A stretch of DNA of 51,667 nt from an uncultured Acidobacteriota bacterium (GTDB taxonomy: Bacteria > Acidobacteriota > Thermoanaerobaculia > UBA5066 > DATFVB01): assembly GCA_963813155.1 (NCBI GenBank), contig CAWEYG010000011.1, forward strand, positions 1 through 51,667, written 5' to 3'. Shown here piece after piece: positions 44,748 through 51,667 of this stretch (positions are counted from its first letter, which is position 1; every line of letters begins with the position of its first letter). The notes below the pieces were generated by a model, which made no database searches, had not been told where the DNA came from, and saw only the letters and a list, made by a program, of their open reading frames with translations. The position numbers and the translations under genes were made by a program.

Positions 44748-44932
44748 TTCTCTACCCGAACGCATCGCGAAGGACGTGCCAGCCGAGATCATTGCCGGGC
44801 GCTGCGATTCCAACTGTATTTTCAAGAGTTTCCGACCCGGCGATCACCCGGGCCGGGGACCGAGAGTGGCGAATCGTTCACAGACTGTGGTGAATCGGCC
44901 ACGGTTGACCCCGATGCTACGATGGGACGGAA

Positions 44933-46540
44933 ATGCTTGATCCCACGGAAGAACAGGCTTACCGGGAGGCGCTCTTCACTTTGCTGGAAAGCAGCAAGGT
45001 GAGCCGCTCGGCCCTCTACCTGATGGAGCCGACCGGTGAGTTTCGGCTCGCGGCGCACCTGGGCTTCTCGCCGCGTGACCTTCCCGTCTCGAGTTTCGGG
45101 AAAGAGAGTCCTCTCTTCGAGCGAGTGAACCATTTTCGAAAGCCCTTCTATTTCAATTCGCCGAAGGACGCGGGAGATCTCCGCCAGCTCATGGAGACCT
45201 CGCGCACGGCGAAGCTGCTTGCGGCCCCGATCTACGAGGACGGCAGGCTGATCGGGATCGTCGAGGCTCGCGACAAAGCCGCCGGAGAGTTCTTTCACCA
45301 GGAGGATGCCGGAAGGCTCGCCGGCGTGATCGCGGCGATCCTCCATCGAAGGCGAGCGCTGCGCGGATCGGCAGAGTCGGGAGGAGACCTCGCGAGCCCC
45401 CCGGGGCTGTTCGACCTCTCGGCCGCCGCGGGGAAACGCCCGGCGGCTCCGGCGGCCCCCGCGTCGGAGCTCGTTCGGCCCGCCCTCACGCCGATCCCGC
45501 CTCCTCCGAAGCGGCCTCCGCTCACCCAGCGCGAGGTGGTTCTGTTTCGCGGCTTCGGGTCCGCGCTGCTTCTGAATCCCGGCCTCGGAGCCTGCGTCTT
45601 TTCTCTCTGGACCGAAGAGTCCGCCGAGTTTTTCATGGCTTCGCGAGTCCCCCTGGCCGAAAGCGCCCGGGACGCGGTCTTCTCGAACGCTCTGGAGGTG
45701 CTCGGGCATCTCTATCCCGGCCGTCCCCGGCCCGCCAACACGCGGTTCAGCACCGATCTCCCGCTCGGGGGAGGCGAAGGAGAAGTCGTGGCGGCGCAGA
45801 TCACCGGGCTTCAGTCGTCGGTCGTGGTCTCCGAAGAAGGGCGTGCCGTCCTCTTCACGCTGCTGTTCGTTTCCGAGCCGGACACGAAGCTCGTCGCGGC
45901 GATCAAGGAGACTCACTTGCTCGTCCGGCGCGCGGTCTCCGAGACGCGAGAGGCCGTACGCTACCGCGAGGCTTTTCGCGGTCTGGTTCGGCGCCTGCTC
46001 GAGCCCGGTCTGAAAAAGTACACGGCTCTCGTGACGCACAGCCTCGCGGTCGGAAAATGCGCGAGGGGTTTCTCGACGTATCTCAAGCTGCCCGAGAAGA
46101 CGGTCGAGCAGATGACGGTGGCGGCCCTGCTGCACGACGTCGGCATGCGGGAGCTCGCGTACGACCGTCTCTCGGAGCGTCGTCCGCTCTCCGAGCCGGA
46201 ATATCGCCTCGCCCGCGATCACCCCTCGGTCGGGGCGATGCTTCTCGCGGAAATCGATTTTCCGTTCCCGATCGTTCCCCTCGTTCTCCACCACCACGAG
46301 CGGTACGACGGGAGCGGCTACCCGGATCAGCTTCGCGGGGAACAGATTCCGTTCGGGTCGAGGCTGATCCACGTCGTCGAGGCGTTCGACGCCATGACGT
46401 CGCTGTCCTCTTACCGCCCGCCGATCGGCCGGGAAGAGGCCGTGGATCGAATCGTCTCCAAGGCGGGAACCCAGTTCGACCCGGACCTCGCCGTCCGCTT
46501 CGGCGAATTCATCTCGTCCGAAAACTTCGACCGATCGTGA
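44933..46540 (+). CDS. GAF + HD-GYP cyclic-dinucleotide phosphodiesterase
   Basis: GAF (LLAAPIYEDGRLIGIVE); LLHDVG, HHERYDGSGYP, FDAMTS, GTQFDP. Confidence 0.88.
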   Translation: MLDPTEEQAYREALFTLLESSKVSRSALYLMEPTGEFRLAAHLGFSPRDLPVSSFGKESPLFERVNHFRKPFYFNSPKDAGDLRQLMETSRTAKLLAAPIYEDGRLIGIVEARDKAAGEFFHQEDAGRLAGVIAAILHRRRALRGSAESGGDLASPPGLFDLSAAAGKRPAAPAAPASELVRPALTPIPPPPKRPPLTQREVVLFRGFGSALLLNPGLGACVFSLWTEESAEFFMASRVPLAESARDAVFSNALEVLGHLYPGRPRPANTRFSTDLPLGGGEGEVVAAQITGLQSSVVVSEEGRAVLFTLLFVSEPDTKLVAAIKETHLLVRRAVSETREAVRYREAFRGLVRRLLEPGLKKYTALVTHSLAVGKCARGFSTYLKLPEKTVEQMTVAALLHDVGMRELAYDRLSERRPLSEPEYRLARDHPSVGAMLLAEIDFPFPIVPLVLHHHERYDGSGYPDQLRGEQIPFGSRLIHVVEAFDAMTSLSSYRPPIGREEAVDRIVSKAGTQFDPDLAVRFGEFISSENFDRS

Positions 46541-47019
46541 AAGCGGCGCGCGAGGCTCGGAACGCGGAGCCGAAGGTCGTCGCGACGAACCGGAAGGCGT
46601 TCCACGACTATTTCATCGAGAGCAAGCTCGAGGTCGGACTGGCCCTGTCGGGAAGCGAAGTGAAATCGCTCCGGGCGGGCAAGGCGAACCTCAAAGACTC
46701 GTTCATCCATTTCCGGGGCGGCGAGGCGTACCTCGCCGGCGCGCACATCTCGACCTATGGACCCGCGTCGTGGACCGGGCACATTCCAGAGCGAGAGAGG
46801 AAAGTCCTGATGCATCGGCGCGAGCTCGACCGATGGGCGTCGGAAGTCGCGCGAAGCGGCGTGACGTGCATCCCCCTGAAGCTCTACTTCAAGGGCGCGC
46901 GCGTGAAAGCGGAGATCGCCCTGGTCAAGGGAAAGAAGCTCCACGACAAGCGCGACACGCTTCGGGAGAAGGACCTGAAGCGGGAAGCCGACCGCGCGAT
47001 GCGCGATCGGCGGCGGTAG
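46537..47019 (+). CDS. smpB: SsrA-binding protein
   Basis: ATNRKAFHDY, GSEVKSLRAG, RERKVLMH, GKKLHDKR; GTGA overlap with HD-GYP stop. Confidence 0.96.
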   Translation: MKAAREARNAEPKVVATNRKAFHDYFIESKLEVGLALSGSEVKSLRAGKANLKDSFIHFRGGEAYLAGAHISTYGPASWTGHIPERERKVLMHRRELDRWASEVARSGVTCIPLKLYFKGARVKAEIALVKGKKLHDKRDTLREKDLKREADRAMRDRRR

Positions 47020-47132
47020 AGACGCGGCGAGAACGACGCGAGACGGCGTCCGCACAGGCCGAACCGCCCGAGACGTACTGAGTCAAGTACGTCGCAGGGC
47101 GGGTGAGGCCGAGCAGATGCGTCGCAGCGAAG

Positions 47133-50100
47133 TTATCGCCGCGTCTGCCTATTCGTTTTCCCCGGCACGTAGATCAGATCGTTCGTGTGGTTGTCGATCT
47201 CCGCGGCGAAGACGAGGGCCCGGCCCGAGCCGGAATCCACCGTGAACTCGAGGTAGCCGTTGGACGAGGTCCCCGCGCCGAGCAGGTCGCTCAGGTTCGT
47301 CTGAAGCGTCGAGTTCGCCGCGAGCGAATAGGCCTGCGTTCCCTGCGGGATCCCGTTCTCGTCGAAGAAGCTCGCCCGGATCGTGACGGGCGACCCGGAA
47401 ACCTCCGTGAACCCGAAATTCGTGCGGAAATCCGAGTTGTGCGCGAGGTGAATGGAAACCTTCTTTCCCCCTGCCGAGAGCGCGTCCGCCGCTTTCGCTC
47501 CCGTGACGAAGAACCCGTAGGTGCCGGTCCCTCCCGTCGCGCCGTTCGGCGTCGAGGTCCGGGCGGAGACGAAGAGGTTCGCGGGCGTCGTCGGATGGAT
47601 GCGGAGCCCGGCGCCGGAATCGCCCGTCAGACCGAAGAGGCTCTGCAGGACGTCCTTGAAGACGAGCGTCTGACCGGGCGCAACGGTGATCGGAGCGGGA
47701 GAGGACGCCCCGGCGGTTCCGAAAGCGGGGAGGAGCGAGACGGAGAACGTTCGCGCTCCCGTGGACCGGTTCGTCACCGAGAGATCGGACGTCAGGAAGC
47801 TGTTGAACGCGCCGTGGGTATGGGCGACTTCTGTGATGACGATGTCGTCGCTCGATTCGGTCTGGGGCCTCGCGACCGAGAGGAGAGTGTCGCCCGAGCC
47901 TTCGTCCACGGTCGCTCCGTACGGGATGACGCGGCCGCCCGAGAGAACGGTGAAATCGAGCCGCGCGGCCGGAGCCGTGAATGCGTGCGCCGTGTCGGTG
48001 AGCGGGTTGTATTGCTGATTCGAGTAGGGGAGCAGGGTGAGCGTGAAAGTCCCCACCGACGCGCCTGATCCGTCGAATCCGTCGACGCGGACCGTCGTCG
48101 TCTGCCCGGATGCCTCCGTCGCGCCGACGTTCGTGTGGAATCCCGCCGCCGTCTCGAAACCGTTCGCCGTCGCGGTTCCGTCGGCGGCGCCGACGGCTCC
48201 CGCCGGCGTCGACGTCGGGACGAACGTGCCGAAGGTCCCATCCGCGTTGCGGGTGTAGGCCCGCGAGGACGCGTGGAAGGACGTGCCGTCGGCCGCGACG
48301 AGGACGAGCGATCCGACGGATACCGGGCGAGTCGAAGTCGTTCAGGCAGAGGTCGTTCAGGGCGAGCGATTCGCGCGGCTGAACGAGATGGTTGACGCCG
48401 AGCGCCGAGCTGGCGGCCTGCCCCTGCTGCACGAGAAAGGCGTTGATCGTCACCGGATGGGAAAAGGACGGATTGAAAATGCGAGCGTCGCTCTGGAAGA
48501 AGAACCCCGCGCCCTGGGTATTCGCGACGAGGGGAACGACGCGCCGAAAATCCGAGCCGTTGCTCGCCGGAACGGATCGAACCGAGGCCGGCTTGTACCT
48601 CGCCTGGAGAACGTTGCTCGCGAACCCCTTCGAGTCGAAGAGTTGGACGGTGGCCGAGACGCAGTCGGGGCAGACTGCGGGAGTCACTCCCGTGATCTGA
48701 AGCTCTTCGCTGACGTCTTTCTGGCCGTCGAGCGAGCCATTGAACGTGTCGGACGCGAAGGCCACGATTTGACCCGTCGAATCGGAGAAGAGGATCGAAA
48801 ACGAGTCGATGTCGCCTTCGTTGTCGTGCGCGGTGAGATCGATGTTCACCTGGCTCGCCGTCACGGAGTCGACCTTGGCCGAAGCGGTCTCCAGGAGGGG
48901 CGGCGTTCCGTTCTGATTCTGAATCCGGATCCAGTACGGAACGTAGAGCGCGCCGGAAATGGTCGTGCCCCCGTCCGAGATCGAGACGGCGCCTTCGGAA
49001 TCGTTCTGGCCCTGAGCGATCGAGCCCGCGACGTTCAGCGTGAGCGTGAACGTTCCCGATGTCGCCGGGGCCAGCGAAAGGGTCGAGGGCGAGACCGTGG
49101 GCGTAACCGCGGGGTCGCTCAGGCTGGACGTTGCCGCCGCCTGAAGCTGGTACGTGGCCGGGACCGTGCTCTTGTTCTCGAGCGTGAACGTCTGGGTCAG
49201 GAACCCCGCCGGCGGGGCGCCATTGAGGAATACCTGGCGGAAGGACTGGCTGGCCGGCAGCGCGACCGCTCCGACGGCCGAGGCGGCCGCGAGATCGATG
49301 TCGCCCGATCCGCGGCGCATCACCGAAAGGTTGCCGACTTTGGACGCGTCGTTCGGGTCGGTCGGCCTTGCGGAAGTTTCCATGAGGGCCGCTTTGATTT
49401 CCGCGGGACTCCAGTTCGGATGTTTCTGGACCATGAGGGCAGCGGAGCCTGCCGCTCGCGGAGCCGAGAACGACGTCCCGTCCCCGAACGTGAAGCCCGA
49501 GGGGTCGAAGATCGGAGTGTCCTGGCCCGAGTCCGGGTCGGGAACAGGAAATCTCCCTTCGCCGAGAGGGTCGTCGTCCTGGCACGCCGCGTAGCTTCCG
49601 ACGCCGACGGAAGTGAGGTCGGGCTTGATCTGGAAGTCGATCGTGGGCCCGTTTGAGGAAAAGTCCGCCAGGTCGTGCGACGCCGCGGCGAAGGTCGCGG
49701 CCGGCGTGCCCGACGGCGCGGGGCCGAAGCTTCCGGTCGGCGCGGAGGCGCCCGGGTTCGCGTCGAGGTAAGCCTTCAGGTTCAGACCGTCCGTCCGGGT
49801 GACGAAAATCGTCGGGATCGAAGTGCCGTCGACGGACGGAACCAGCAGCGAATCGCCGCCGGCCACGGAGTTGTAGACGACGACGCCGATCGCGCCCGCG
49901 GACGCGGCATTGCCGACCTTCGCGGAAAACGTGCAGGTGCCTCGCTGGATGAGAACGATCTTGCCGGAGATCAGAGGGTCGAGGATTTTCGTGCATCCGA
50001 GCGAATCGCCGGCGCCGTCGGAGTTGTCCCAGTCGAGGAATTTGGACGTGATCGGAACCGCCGGGAACGTCACGCCGGTCCCCACCCCCTGAGCTCCGAT

Positions 50101-51375
50101 GATGCTCGCAACGGACGGAGGCGCTCCGCCGGACGTGAGGGAGATTCTCGCGAGGAGGCTCGCGCTGACGCCGTTGTGGGAGTTCGTCGTGGCTCCGACG
50201 GCGATCACGTCGGGAATGTCGGCGCTCGAGCTGATCGAGCCCGGAAGCGGATTGCCGTTGGCGTCGACACCCGAATTTCCGGCGGAAATGGTCACGACCA
50301 TCCCCCCCGCGATCGCGTTCTCGATCGCTTCGAACTCGCCGGCGTTGTTGAAGAGGAACGGCTCCAGCCCGGTGTCGGGGTCGTTCAGGCCAAAAGACAT
50401 GTTGAGCACGTCCATCCCGTCGGCGACGGCCTCGTCGATTGCGGCGATGATGTTGTCGCTGAAGGCATTCGGCGCGAAGACCCGGTAGTCGCCGATGTAC
50501 GCCTTCGGCGCGACGCCTTCGAGCGTCACCGGGCGCCGGCCCCCTCCCGACAGGGCTACTTTTGCGCCGGCCGCGACGCTCGCGGTGTGCGATCCGTGGC
50601 CGGAGAGATCCTGGGCGGTCCGGTGGCCCGCGTTGAGGGCCGCGCTGGTCGAATCGATGATGCCCTGGAAGTATTTCGCGACGATGACCTTGGAATTCGC
50701 GAAGTGATTGCCGTCGTTTTCCTTCGGAAAGCCGGCGGGCATCGCGAGGGAGGAGTCGGAAAACATCGGGTTGGAAAAGTCCACGCCGGTGTCGACGTCG
50801 GCGATCTTGACGCCCGCGCCGGCGTTCGCGTCTCCGCCGACGGTCCCCCAGAACGCGGGCGCGTTCATCAGGGGATTCGAGGTGTCGAGGTGGAGCTTGT
50901 ATTTTCGGACGGGGTAGACGGTCTTCACCCGCGGATCGGATCGCAGGACCGAGAGGCCCCCCTCGGGGACGAGAACCGACATTCCGTTCAGCACATTTCG
51001 GAATCGGGTTCCCGCCTGGAACCCGGCGATTTTTCCGCGCATGTCGGCCTCGAACGCGTCCTGTTTCCGGGAGAGGTCCCGGGTCATCGCGTCCAACTCG
51101 GACGGCAGGGCTGCCCGAAAGGGCTTCGCCACGCCGGCCGCGGACGTCAAGATCGAACGCACGAGAGGAGCGTCGCGCAGGACGACGATGTAAGCCCGCC
51201 TTCCGTCGCTCGCGGTCTCGGTCGCGAGGCCCGACGACGCTCCCGCGCCGCGAACCGGCGAAAGCGAGACCGTCGCCGTCGCCCCGAACGATCGGCCCGG
51301 CCCGAGCGCGACGAGCATCGACAGGAAAAACGAGACAAAAAGACCTCTACGTCCGATATTTCTTGCGATTTCCAA
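47133..51375 (-). CDS. Secreted S8A subtilase with I9 propeptide, PA, Ig/Fn3-like and duplicated C-terminal domains (frameshift near 48325)
   Basis: Catalytic DTG, GHGSHTAS, SAGNSG, GTSFSAP; PA domain GKIVLIQRGTCTFSAKV; signal peptide. Confidence 0.92.
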
Positions 51376-51461
51376 GTGAGACTCCTCTGTTCTAAAGACG
51401 GATCAACGGCATCCGCGACGGCGAAATTCCAAATCGAATCTTAATCGAATATTCTCTTCGA

Positions 51462-51667
51462 ATGATCGTGGTCCTGGCAGATTCTCATCTGGGACAGGGA
51501 TCTTCCGGCCTTCCCCCGTTCCGCCAGGCCCTCGCCGAGGCCCGCGGAAGGGGCGCGACCGCCGTGTACCTTCTGGGCGACATTTTTCAGTACCTCATCG
51601 GAGACCCGAAATTCTCGACCCCTCTCCTGCAAGGTTTTCTCGAAGAAATTCGGGGGATTCGATCCGG
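51462..51667 (+). CDS. Metallophosphoesterase, LpxH-like (3'-truncated, one frameshift)
   Basis: MIVVLADSHLG then AVYLLGDIFQYLIGD (DxH and GD motifs); not in the supplied ORF track. Confidence 0.75.
   Translation, partial: MIVVLADSHLGQGSSGLPPFRQALAEARGRGATAVYLLGDIFQYLIGDPKFSTPLLQGFLEEIRGIRS

Noticed and set aside
47020-47132. tmRNA (ssrA) next to smpB
   Set aside because: Gap is only ~110 bp with no tRNA-like ends.

Overview
GC-rich window that appears to join two unrelated genomes at about 14,288. The left ~14.3 kb has Planctomycetota-style content and is dense with single-base indels. It holds the tail of a VWA/BatA-type membrane operon, a DUF1501 gene flanked by two REP-like hairpin doublets, a PAS kinase plus sigma54 regulator followed by a candidate -24/-12 promoter and palindromic enhancer, a SulP transporter, and the 3' end of a large surface protein. 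The right ~37.4 kb has far fewer indels and looks like Acidobacteriota core genome: truncated thiL, lon, hsp20, nrdR, ctpA, tatAC, kdsCDA, pyrG, polyprenyl synthase, yajQ, lolA, purH, ntrYX, lpxC, HD-GYP, smpB, an S8 protease and an lpxH-like start. Taxonomic labels are inferred from gene content only. The best candidate for an undescribed system is a divergent cluster of a GcvT-like methyltransferase, a Rieske oxygenase and two tandem phytoene-desaturase-like flavoproteins, coupled through a small secreted protein to purH. No rRNA, tRNA, CRISPR array or transposase was recognised. Coordinates of frameshifted genes are approximate.
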